Source: an uncultured Candidatus Hydrogenedens sp. (GTDB lineage: Bacteria; Desulfobacterota_D; UBA1144). Taken from it: a stretch of 64,000 nt of DNA. Every line of letters starts with the position of its first letter. Within the stretch, counting starts at the first letter, position 1. The stretch spans positions 6,802-70,801 of the forward strand of contig CACLTT010000006.1 in assembly GCA_902609885.1 (NCBI GenBank), read 5' to 3'. The notes beneath the pieces are model-generated. The model worked only from the letters and a program-made list of their open reading frames with translations. It was not told the origin of the DNA and ran no database searches. Of the stretch, positions 32,155-40,733 are shown piece by piece. The translations under genes and the position numbers were made by a program.

Positions 32155-32162
32155 TAGAATTT

Positions 32163-32918
32163 TTAAGCATCAACTTCAGTTGTAGCAGCAGCCCATATTG
32201 CTAAACAGAAACCGATTTTATTTATAAAATCTGCAACGTTATAAACTATATTAAGAGTAGCTTCATCAGTACCACCAGCTAAATATCCTAGAAAATACCC
32301 TAAAGGATAAATTGCCCAGCCTATAGTAACAATCCATTTCATTGTATTGAAAGCTGACTGAACCGAAGGTTTAGCATTTGCAGCACTTTTACTTGCTTCT
32401 CCAGAGAAGATCTCATACAGAATATAAGCCCAACCAGCCATACCTACAACAAAACCAATTGTTGTATTTATAAAACCAGCTTCACCCATATAACCTGCTA
32501 CAACCATAACAACAGTACCTATCAATAGTCTCCAAAAGACTCCCATAGAAACCGCAGTAACAGCAGCAAGAATAAGATAGAACTCAACCATCTGTAATGG
32601 AACAGTTACAATCCAATCAACGTATCTAAATACCGTTGGAGATGTACCTGTAGATGCCCATACTTCTCTCATGTAAAAATAGTGAACGCCTGCAACCAAA
32701 CAAATAAGTCCGCCAACAACCAATGATGTTCTAAATTTCCCTGTAACTCTTAAAGATTCAAGGAAAAAGAACGCTGTAGCGGCAACCATTGCAACTGATA
32801 TGATCCAGAAGGATATACCTACTGCATCATCCGGGGCTAAATTAGAACCAGCATATGATACTAATGGCATGCAAGCTATAATTGCGGAAAGTAAAAAGTA
32901 ATTTACATATTTTGACAT
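32163..32918 (-). CDS. proteorhodopsin (light-driven H+ pump; blue-tuned Q variant)
   Basis: 251 aa, 7-TM with a signal peptide. RYVDWIVTVPLQMVEFYLIL gives the D (acceptor) and E (donor) at the proton-pumping positions and Q at the tuning site. The retinal Lys lies in ADFINKIGF. A strong SD (AGGGAGG) is 7 nt upstream. Confidence 0.93.
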   Translation of the reverse strand: MSKYVNYFLLSAIIACMPLVSYAGSNLAPDDAVGISFWIISVAMVAATAFFFLESLRVTGKFRTSLVVGGLICLVAGVHYFYMREVWASTGTSPTVFRYVDWIVTVPLQMVEFYLILAAVTAVSMGVFWRLLIGTVVMVVAGYMGEAGFINTTIGFVVGMAGWAYILYEIFSGEASKSAANAKPSVQSAFNTMKWIVTIGWAIYPLGYFLGYLAGGTDEATLNIVYNVADFINKIGFCLAIWAAATTEVDA

Positions 32919-33027
32919 GTAAAAACCTCCCTAACTTAATTTATGAAGAATTTACCCTATATACTTAAAATGACAATACTTTATTAACATTTGGTATATT
33001 TAAGATGGTTATTTAAGGGGTGAAGTT

Positions 33028-33192
33028 ATGAATTTAAAAATTACATCAACAGTAATGAATCTGCTGCTTTTAGTCTTATGCTTTAGTTTTCTTATTAGTC
33101 ATGGGTTGCCAAAAAGTTGGATTTTATGGAGTTCATTGTTAGTCTGGTTTTTAGCGCCTCTGGTTAATCTGTTTTATATCTATAAAAAATAA
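33028..33192 (+). CDS. unannotated small membrane protein (54 aa, two predicted TM helices)
   Basis: Not in the ORF track because it is under 60 aa. ATG at 33028 is preceded by SD AAGGGGTG at about -14 to -7. It translates to MNLKITSTVMNLLLLVLCFSFLISHGLPKSWILWSSLLVWFLAPLVNLFYIYKK, with TAA at 33190-33192. It is divergent from the proteorhodopsin gene. Confidence 0.4.
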   Translation: MNLKITSTVMNLLLLVLCFSFLISHGLPKSWILWSSLLVWFLAPLVNLFYIYKK

Positions 33193-33197
33193 TGTTT

Positions 33198-33443
33198 TTA
33201 GTCATCCTGGTCTACGTTACGATCATCATTTATTGAGTCATTATCATTGCTGGGGTAACCTGATCTTCCATCATTATCCATTTCATTATGAGAATCATTA
33301 CTTATAACTTTATCAATATCTGTATCTAATTGCTCACTTATACCTTCATTATCGGTATTAGTATCAAAACTGTCGCAATTCGCATTACTTGAAAACATAA
33401 AAATAAATATTATTAAAATTATAGTAAAAATCTTATTTCTCAT
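33198..33443 (-). CDS. small secreted Asp/Asn/Ser-rich acidic protein (81 aa)
   Basis: N-terminal signal peptide (MRNKIFTIILIIFIFMFSSNANC), then a low-complexity acidic tail (DNDGRSGYPSNDNDSINDDRNVDQDD). Confidence 0.45.
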   Translation of the reverse strand: MRNKIFTIILIIFIFMFSSNANCDSFDTNTDNEGISEQLDTDIDKVISNDSHNEMDNDGRSGYPSNDNDSINDDRNVDQDD

Positions 33444-33480
33444 AAAATATTCATCCTTTAAGTAAAAATTATCATTATAA

Positions 33481-35265
33481 CTATTCCACTGTTACAACCT
33501 TTGCGAGATTTCTAGGCTGATCTATTGGCAACTTTTTAAATTTTGCTAAATGATATGAGAATAGTTGTAAAACTATCAGGTAAGAAATAGGCATTATGTC
33601 ATCTTCACTTTCAGGCACTGATATTGTTTCTAATTTTGATCTAATCTTTAGATTCAATTTATTTATTACCTTCTCAGGCGCAATGACTAAAACATTTCTG
33701 GTCCTGGATACTATTTCATTTAGACTAGCGATTTCGCTATGAACAGTTTCAACTTTATTTGAAATCAATAAAACAACAGGAAAATCCTTATCAAAAAGTG
33801 CAATGGGGCCATGTTTAATTTCTGATGATAGAGCGCCTTCAGCATGAATGTAAGCTATTTCTTTTATCTTTAATGCTGCTTCTGTAGCGATTGGAAAATT
33901 ATAATTTCTTCCTAAAACAAAGAAATTTTTATTTTTATAAAATTTTTTTGCTATTTCTTTTATATTTTTTTCCAGTTTAAAAACTTTATTTAAAAGAGAT
34001 ATTTGTGGCAATAAAATATTTTCTTTATCTTTCTTTTTGTTAAAAAGTTTTGAAATTATATTTAAAGTAATAATCTGAGATGAAAAAGTTTTTGTAGCTG
34101 CGACACCCTGTTCTATTCCGACTGCAAGATTAATAGAATTTTTTGACTCTCTGACTAATCTGGAGTCATTATTATTTACTAGAGACAAAGAATTCTTAAA
34201 GAAATCTCTGTTTGATTCTAGCAATGTACAAACATCTGCGGTTTCTCCACTTTGAGACATAAATATAAAAAGTTTTTTCTTATTATTTGAAAAATAATTA
34301 AATTCTGAAGGTCTATAAACAGACGTTGGTATGTCTGTATTTTCTTCGAAAAATATCTTACCTAATAGACCTGCATTATATGATGATCCGCATCCGATTA
34401 TAACTATCTCTTTAGGCTTAGGAATCTTTTTTATAATATTACTAATATTATCAACCCTAAAAATATGGTTACTTATTAATTTTTTTTGTTCTTTTATTTC
34501 ATTATATGTAATATTTTTTTTGATTTTCTTATTTATATTTTGATCGGTATTTTCTATTCTTTTTAATATTAATTTTTTTCTTTTTTTATTTATACAAAAT
34601 ATTTTAGGCTTATTGTTTTCTATATAAATAAATTCATCATTTTCGATATATCTATAGCCTTTGAGTGACTTTTTCATAGCATTTATGTCCGATGAGAAAA
34701 TGTTATCACCATTTATTTTCTGCCCATAATATAAGGGTGTATTGTATTTACATGCAATAACTTCATTAGAATTATCAGATATTTTAGAGCATATAAAAGC
34801 GTTTGAGCCTTTAACAATATTAAATGTTTTTATTATTGAATTAAGGAATGAATTAGAATAATTAAAAAATTTTATTAGTTGTAAAATTACTTCAGTATCG
34901 GTTTCTGTCTTTAATTTAATTTTTTTTAAATATTTACTATTTTTAATTTCCTCATAATTCTCTACTACTCCATTATGAACAATTGATAAATTTCCTAGTA
35001 CATGAGGATGACAATTTCTTAAGTTTGGCTCCCCGTGAGTAGCCCATCGAGTATGGCCCATTATCAAAGTAGAAGAGTTAAGTTTAGGAATTTTTGTTCT
35101 AAGATTGCTAATTTTTTGAAGTGTTTTGTAAGTTTTATATTTATTCTTATCAAGAATTGTAATTCCCGCAGAATCATAGCCTCTATATTCTAGCTCTTTT
35201 AAGGATACTAAGAATTCAGAGCATAAAGTTTCTTTTTTAGATATTGAAGTATATATTCCACACAT
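33481..35265 (-). CDS. glmS: glutamine--fructose-6-phosphate aminotransferase (isomerizing)
   Basis: 594 aa. MCGI N-terminal nucleophile Cys, two SIS domains and a C-terminal ...AKVVTVE. Confidence 0.88.
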   Translation of the reverse strand: MCGIYTSISKKETLCSEFLVSLKELEYRGYDSAGITILDKNKYKTYKTLQKISNLRTKIPKLNSSTLIMGHTRWATHGEPNLRNCHPHVLGNLSIVHNGVVENYEEIKNSKYLKKIKLKTETDTEVILQLIKFFNYSNSFLNSIIKTFNIVKGSNAFICSKISDNSNEVIACKYNTPLYYGQKINGDNIFSSDINAMKKSLKGYRYIENDEFIYIENNKPKIFCINKKRKKLILKRIENTDQNINKKIKKNITYNEIKEQKKLISNHIFRVDNISNIIKKIPKPKEIVIIGCGSSYNAGLLGKIFFEENTDIPTSVYRPSEFNYFSNNKKKLFIFMSQSGETADVCTLLESNRDFFKNSLSLVNNNDSRLVRESKNSINLAVGIEQGVAATKTFSSQIITLNIISKLFNKKKDKENILLPQISLLNKVFKLEKNIKEIAKKFYKNKNFFVLGRNYNFPIATEAALKIKEIAYIHAEGALSSEIKHGPIALFDKDFPVVLLISNKVETVHSEIASLNEIVSRTRNVLVIAPEKVINKLNLKIRSKLETISVPESEDDIMPISYLIVLQLFSYHLAKFKKLPIDQPRNLAKVVTVE

Positions 35266-36651
35266 TTATCTTTTAAACTTTGGCTTCCTTTTCCAATTAG
35301 GGATCTTTTTTTCTTTTACCCTAGTAATTCCTAGAGAGTTATCATCAAGATTTCCTGATAGAATTGTTCCTGCAGCAGTTGTTGCACCTTTCCCAATTTT
35401 AATTGGCGCAATCATCATAGTATCGCTTCCAATAAAGACATTGTCTCCAATAAGTGTTTTATGCTTATCAAAACCATCATAGTTGCAAGTTATAGATCCA
35501 GCACCAATATTAACACCTGAACCCATTTCAGTATCCCCGACATATGAAAGATGTGGTATTTTTGAATTATTTTTAATTTTACTTTTTTTAATTTCTACAA
35601 AATTACCAATTTTAATATTATCGTATAAATGAGTTTCAGGCCTAATGTTTGAAAATGGACCTATTTGACAATTACTTCCAATTTTAGAATCTAAAATATT
35701 TACAAATGGTTTAATCAGAGTCTTTTTTCCGACTGATGAATTTTCAATGTAGCAATTACCTAAAATATTTACATCCTCACTAATAATCGAATCTCCTTGA
35801 ATGTATACATTTGGACCTATAGTTATGTTACGCCCAAGCTTTACACTTTTAGATATGTTTACTGTGCTTGGATCAGAGATTTTAATGTTGTTTCTAATAC
35901 AATTTTCAAAGAAAATATTATTATCTATATGATGAGCTCTGATAAGATCATCAAAACTATTGATATTAAAAAATTCATTATTATTTTTAGATGATATTGA
36001 AAGAATATTTTTTTTATTTTCGGAAAAAATCTCAACTAAATCAGTTAAATAATATTCTCCTTTGATATTTTTTTTCACTTTTTTTATATATGATTGTAAT
36101 AATTCTTTTTTGAAAATATACAATCCAGAATTCACCTCATTTATTTTTTTATCTTTAATACTGCAATTTTTTTCCTCTATAATTTTTATAATATTTCCCT
36201 TAGAATTCCTGATTATTCTTCCATAGCCTGATGGATTTAAAAGTTTTGATGTAGTTAGTAAAAAATCACCTTTATTATCAATAAACCTCTTACTTGCATT
36301 TTTTAAAGTTTTATATTCTATAAAAGGCGTATCACCATTTAGAACAATAACTTGAGACTTTTTATTTAATTTAGAAATTGCTGGCTTTATTGCATCACCT
36401 GTACCAAGGAGCTTTTTTTGTTCAATAAATTCTATATTTTTATATTTCAATTTTTTTACTTCTTCGATCACAAGATTTTTTTTGAAACCAACAACAAGAA
36501 TTATTTTTTCTGGGTTTAATTTTTGTAAATTTTTTAGAGTATTTTCAATTAAAGAAACGCCGTTAATTGTTAATGTAACCTTTGGAATGTTCAAACCCAT
36601 TCTTGAGCTTTTACCGGCACATAAAACAATAATATTTATATTATTTGACAT
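35266..36651 (-). CDS. glmU: bifunctional UDP-N-acetylglucosamine pyrophosphorylase / GlcN-1-P acetyltransferase
   Basis: 461 aa. N-terminal nucleotidyltransferase (LCAGKSSRMG) and C-terminal left-handed beta-helix hexapeptide repeats. Confidence 0.88.
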   Translation of the reverse strand: MSNNINIIVLCAGKSSRMGLNIPKVTLTINGVSLIENTLKNLQKLNPEKIILVVGFKKNLVIEEVKKLKYKNIEFIEQKKLLGTGDAIKPAISKLNKKSQVIVLNGDTPFIEYKTLKNASKRFIDNKGDFLLTTSKLLNPSGYGRIIRNSKGNIIKIIEEKNCSIKDKKINEVNSGLYIFKKELLQSYIKKVKKNIKGEYYLTDLVEIFSENKKNILSISSKNNNEFFNINSFDDLIRAHHIDNNIFFENCIRNNIKISDPSTVNISKSVKLGRNITIGPNVYIQGDSIISEDVNILGNCYIENSSVGKKTLIKPFVNILDSKIGSNCQIGPFSNIRPETHLYDNIKIGNFVEIKKSKIKNNSKIPHLSYVGDTEMGSGVNIGAGSITCNYDGFDKHKTLIGDNVFIGSDTMMIAPIKIGKGATTAAGTILSGNLDDNSLGITRVKEKKIPNWKRKPKFKR

Positions 36652-36655
36652 TTAA

Positions 36656-37075
36656 CTAAAATGGTACGTCGTCGGGACTTGAATTTCCAACCTCAAAATC
36701 ATCTAAAAAACTATCGTCGCCCATTTTATTATCATTTGATGATCCTTTAGAATCAACAAATTGAAAGTTATTGACAAGAACTTCTGTTATGAATCTTTTT
36801 TCACCATTTTGATCCTCATAAGATCTAGATTCAAGTGATCCTTCAATATATATCTGGTTACCTTTTTTAAAATATTGATTTATTACTTCTGCTGTTTTCC
36901 TCCACGCAACACATCTATGCCAGGAGGTTTTATCAACTTTTTCACCACTTTTACTTTTATAACTTACTGAAGTTGCCACACTGAAATTAGATACAGGTGT
37001 TTGATCTTGAGTATATTTCAATTCAGGGTCAGCACCAAGTCTTCCTAATATAATAACTTTATTCACGCTACCCAT
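36656..37075 (-). CDS. ssb: single-stranded DNA-binding protein
   Basis: 139 aa with an OB fold and the acidic C-terminal tail ...DDVPF. Confidence 0.88.
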   Translation of the reverse strand: MGSVNKVIILGRLGADPELKYTQDQTPVSNFSVATSVSYKSKSGEKVDKTSWHRCVAWRKTAEVINQYFKKGNQIYIEGSLESRSYEDQNGEKRFITEVLVNNFQFVDSKGSSNDNKMGDDSFLDDFEVGNSSPDDVPF

Positions 37076-37116
37076 TTTTCTATTTTATCACCATAATGTT
37101 TAAAGTAAAAGTAAAA

Positions 37117-37701
37117 CTATTTAATATTATTTAAAAAATAATATAGTATTTTACCTGTCATCCCCCAAATCTTATAGCCCTTGTATCTAAAAACATGATC
37201 TTTGTAATTTTTATTAAACTTAACTGTTTCACGACTACTACCTTTTACCATAGCTTTTAAAATTTTTAATGGAATCCAGACCGTTTCTTCAACCTCTGCG
37301 GGATTCATTTTTATCTTAGTTTTAATATTTTTTAGATGAAAAACATGGGGAGATACTAGGAATTTATTTGCTTTAGGATTTACGGGTTTATAGTCATCGA
37401 AAGAACCAAGGTATTCAGTTGATTTACTTAAATCAATACCTACTTCTTCTAAGGTCTCACGAATTGCTGTATCTAAAAGACTTTTGTCATAATCCTCTTT
37501 AACTCCGCCAGGAAAAGCCATATGTCCTGAGAAATGGTCATTATTCCTTACAGCACGTTTTATAAAAAACATTTCATCATCGCCATCACTATTCTCAGAA
37601 ATAATAATCGCTATCGATGAAAATATTGAATCATCATTTTTAATCTTTGTAGACACTGAATTTTTTCTAAAAAAAACCCTAGCGGAATCTATAAACTTCA
37701 T
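37117..37701 (-). CDS. NUDIX hydrolase (CoA pyrophosphatase-like)
   Basis: 194 aa. NUDIX box GGVKEDYDKSLLDTAIRETLEEVG, and the FPGG motif is typical of CoA pyrophosphatases. Confidence 0.75.
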   Translation of the reverse strand: MKFIDSARVFFRKNSVSTKIKNDDSIFSSIAIIISENSDGDDEMFFIKRAVRNNDHFSGHMAFPGGVKEDYDKSLLDTAIRETLEEVGIDLSKSTEYLGSFDDYKPVNPKANKFLVSPHVFHLKNIKTKIKMNPAEVEETVWIPLKILKAMVKGSSRETVKFNKNYKDHVFRYKGYKIWGMTGKILYYFLNNIK

Positions 37702-37713
37702 TTAAATTTTTTT

Positions 37714-37911
37714 CTATTCAGAGACTTTCTTTACAGCAACGACTTTATCCTCAGCTATTTCTCTAAGTGCGGAAACAACTGGCTTATTCTTTTCCTTAGA
37801 TAAAGAAGGTGATCCTGAATGTATAGATTTAGCTCTCTTCATAGCAGCAACAGATAATTCAAACCTATTTGTTACTTTTTCTAAACAATCTTCAATTGTA
37901 ACTCTGGCCAT
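37714..37911 (-). CDS. rpoZ: DNA-directed RNA polymerase subunit omega
   Basis: 65 aa, [28 protein letters not shown]. Confidence 0.88.
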   Translation of the reverse strand: MARVTIEDCLEKVTNRFELSVAAMKRAKSIHSGSPSLSKEKNKPVVSALREIAEDKVVAVKKVSE

Positions 37912-37941
37912 ATAATTTTCCTTATAGTATATTGATTTAAT

Positions 37942-38610
37942 ATGAAATCAATTATAAACGAAATAAAATATAATGAAAAGAATCTTGTTCCTACTATAGT
38001 TCAAAACTATTTAAATGGAGATGTTCTTATGTTTGCTTTTTCAAATGAAGAATCATTGAATAAAACAATATCAACAAATTATGCTCATTTTTGGAGTAGA
38101 AGCAGAGAAAAATTGTGGAGAAAAGGTGAAGAATCCGGAAATACCTTAGAAATTAAAAATATATATGTTGATTGTGATAGAGATTGTATTTTATTTACAG
38201 TTATTCCTGCGGGTCCAGCTTGTCACACAATGAGAATATCATGCTTTCATAATGATCTAGATGAAATTTCAGATGAAAAACCTCTAATAGAAACCGGTGT
38301 TATGGACAAAGTATTTAATATTATCGAAGAGAGAAAAAAAGATATGGGTATGGAAAATTCATATACTTCATCACTTTTTAAAGAAGGATTGAATAAAATC
38401 TTAGATAAAATAAAAGAAGAATCAGATGAATCAATAGAAGCTTCTTTAATTAAAGATCATACAAATATTGTATATGAATATACTGACCTGCTTTATCATA
38501 TGATGGTTGCTTTGTCATATCATGATATAAAAATTGAAGAAATATTTTCTGAACTAGAAAGAAGGATCGGAAAAAAGAAGAAAGACTACACTTTGGATGA
38601 ACGAGAATAA
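37942..38610 (+). CDS. hisIE: bifunctional phosphoribosyl-AMP cyclohydrolase / phosphoribosyl-ATP pyrophosphatase
   Basis: 222 aa. An N-terminal HisI core (Cys ligands in DCDRDC) and a C-terminal HisE MazG-like helical segment. Confidence 0.8.
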   Translation: MKSIINEIKYNEKNLVPTIVQNYLNGDVLMFAFSNEESLNKTISTNYAHFWSRSREKLWRKGEESGNTLEIKNIYVDCDRDCILFTVIPAGPACHTMRISCFHNDLDEISDEKPLIETGVMDKVFNIIEERKKDMGMENSYTSSLFKEGLNKILDKIKEESDESIEASLIKDHTNIVYEYTDLLYHMMVALSYHDIKIEEIFSELERRIGKKKKDYTLDERE

Positions 38611-38824
38611 CAAAAAACTAGCCTGGAATGAAATAACCAGACTTGGTGATTTTTTGAAAAATAAGTTACCAGAATCTAAATATCATCCTAATGGAAGAAA
38701 TCCATATGCCCATATTTTGGTTTTAATAAAAAAAAAGTTTGGCTGCAGTTATAAAGATATTAAAGATGAAGATTTTAAAACTTTACTAAGATTTATTAAA
38801 TTTATAAAAGCAAAATACAATTAA
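38597..38824 (+). CDS. hypothetical small protein (75 aa)
   Basis: ORF overlapping the hisIE stop by 14 nt, basic and Lys-rich, with no family recognised. Confidence 0.35.
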   Translation: MNENNKKLAWNEITRLGDFLKNKLPESKYHPNGRNPYAHILVLIKKKFGCSYKDIKDEDFKTLLRFIKFIKAKYN

Positions 38825-39360
38825 AGTATTTTTTTCCTAGATTTATCTTGGTATTGATGCTTGTATCTATTATCAGCCTTTATATTGTGCGGCCTATCCT
38901 TCTCTTCGATATAGTCAGTTATAGCAAGTTTACCTCTAATCTCTTTAGGCAAATCCTTCATACCAGGGGGTTTAGGAGGATCTGTAGAAAGATCACTTGT
39001 ATATGAAAAAGAAGATATTACTTTTTCTACCCTTCCTTTTTCACAGCAACCACACTTAACTTTTTTTTCGTCTTCTTTATCTAAAATTAATTCAGAAAAT
39101 CTAAAATCATCAACAGAAAATAAAACCATTTTTTTACCATCTTCAATATAAAGATCTATGTCAACTAGTTCACCCGTAAGCTTCCCAGCACTACAAATTT
39201 CTTCTTCTTTAATTAAATCAACTAAAATAACAGCCTTAATTTGAGAATATTTTTTCAAAACTGACTTAAGAGTTTTTAAATTTGGAGTTTTTTCAATTAA
39301 TTTTAATGAATCAAGAACTTGATTCCTACATGTTACACATTCAAATTCATAAAGTGGCAT
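38821..39360 (-). CDS. FmdB-like split zinc-ribbon protein with ~95-aa insert and disordered C-terminal tail (paralog 1)
   Basis: 179 aa. The N-terminus MPLYEFECVTC (FmdB-family MPxYEYxCxxC) is the first knuckle, and the second knuckle KCGCCEKG lies about 100 aa downstream. The Pro/Lys-rich tail contains PKPPG. Confidence 0.6.
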   Translation of the reverse strand: MPLYEFECVTCRNQVLDSLKLIEKTPNLKTLKSVLKKYSQIKAVILVDLIKEEEICSAGKLTGELVDIDLYIEDGKKMVLFSVDDFRFSELILDKEDEKKVKCGCCEKGRVEKVISSFSYTSDLSTDPPKPPGMKDLPKEIRGKLAITDYIEEKDRPHNIKADNRYKHQYQDKSRKKIL

Positions 39361-39370
39361 TTAATTATTC

Positions 39371-39913
39371 CTACTCTGATCCATATGAACCATCATGCTG
39401 AGAATTTCCAAAATATTGGTTAAGATGATCTTGTCCTACCCAATTTGAAGCTTGTTGTTCATCCTTCATAACTTTATAGTCTTTATGCCACTGTAAGGGG
39501 TCACCAGGCTTTGGTGCTCTATCTTTTTCACCCCCTCGTTTTTCGAAAATAGCTTTAAAAGGTGAAAATACTCTCGTAATATCTTTACATTTTTTATTAC
39601 AAGGGCATTTAACATTTTCTACTTTATCACCTTCAAAAAAAAGCTCGCTGAATTTAAAGTCCACTAACTCTAAATATAAAAATTTTTTTTCATCTAATTT
39701 ATATCTAAAACGCCTAATTCCTTTATTGCCCTCTTTACCAACAGAAAAAACTGTCTTTTCTGTTTTAGGATTAAGTAATTCAATGTATTTAAAATTCTTA
39801 TTCTTTTTTGAAAGACCTTCTGCATACTTTTTATTCAAATTTTTAACAAGCTTATCTATTTCCTTGTTATAAGATGTCATACAGTCTTTACATTCAAATT
39901 CGTATACTGGCAT
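39371..39913 (-). CDS. FmdB-like split zinc-ribbon protein (paralog 2 of tandem pair)
   Basis: 180 aa. MPVYEFECKDC ... VDFKFSELFFEGDKVENVKCPCNKKC is colinear with paralog 1 (VDDFRFSELILDKEDEKKVKCGCC). The tail contains PKPGDP. Confidence 0.6.
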   Translation of the reverse strand: MPVYEFECKDCMTSYNKEIDKLVKNLNKKYAEGLSKKNKNFKYIELLNPKTEKTVFSVGKEGNKGIRRFRYKLDEKKFLYLELVDFKFSELFFEGDKVENVKCPCNKKCKDITRVFSPFKAIFEKRGGEKDRAPKPGDPLQWHKDYKVMKDEQQASNWVGQDHLNQYFGNSQHDGSYGSE

Positions 39914-39959
39914 AATTAATTCCTTTTAAAAACCTATAATATAGCCTAATATAACCGAT

Positions 39960-40733
39960 ATGGAAAGTTTTGTTAAATTTCAAATTATTGATAATATTGG
40001 ACAAATTCTGCTAGATAATCCCGAAAAAAAGAATGCTATATCTCCCGAAATGATAAAAGATATAATTAAACATATAGATTCGGTCGAAGACAATCCCCAA
40101 GTTAGATGTATATTAATCGCGAGTAGTAATAATAAGATTTTCTCATCTGGTTACGATATTTCTTCAATAAAAGAGGATTATAATGATGAAAATCACCCAT
40201 TAATCAAAGTTACTAACCACATAAAAAATTCAGGAAAAATAGTTGTAACTGTAATTAATGGACACATTTTTGGAGGAGCATTAGAAATTGCTATTAGTTC
40301 AGATTTTAGATTTTTCTCTAAAGATGCAATTTTTTGTGTTCCGCCAGCAAAACTTGGAATTCCATATAGTTATCAAGGTCTAAAAAACTTCATAAATTGT
40401 GTGGGAACATCAAATACCAAAAAAATTTTTCTAACGGGTGATAAATTTAATTCTGACGATGCTATTAACATGGGAATCGCAAATTTTATTTCAAAAAATA
40501 CTGAAATAATTTCAGACGCTATGGAATTTTGTAAAAAAATATCAAAGAATGCACCCTTATCATTATCAACCTTAAAGAAATCGATTAATGCATTTCAATC
40601 ATCGCAAACTTTAAAATTGGATGATCAAGAATTAATAAAAAATCTTATTATTAAAATTCAAAATAGTAAAGATTTTATTGAGGGTAGAAAAGCATTTAAT
40701 GAAAAAAGGGAGCCTAATTTTAAAGGTAAATAG
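39960..40733 (+). CDS. enoyl-CoA hydratase/isomerase family protein (crotonase fold)
   Basis: 257 aa with crotonase-fold motifs (e.g. NGHIFGGALEIAI). Confidence 0.75.
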   Translation: MESFVKFQIIDNIGQILLDNPEKKNAISPEMIKDIIKHIDSVEDNPQVRCILIASSNNKIFSSGYDISSIKEDYNDENHPLIKVTNHIKNSGKIVVTVINGHIFGGALEIAISSDFRFFSKDAIFCVPPAKLGIPYSYQGLKNFINCVGTSNTKKIFLTGDKFNSDDAINMGIANFISKNTEIISDAMEFCKKISKNAPLSLSTLKKSINAFQSSQTLKLDDQELIKNLIIKIQNSKDFIEGRKAFNEKREPNFKGK

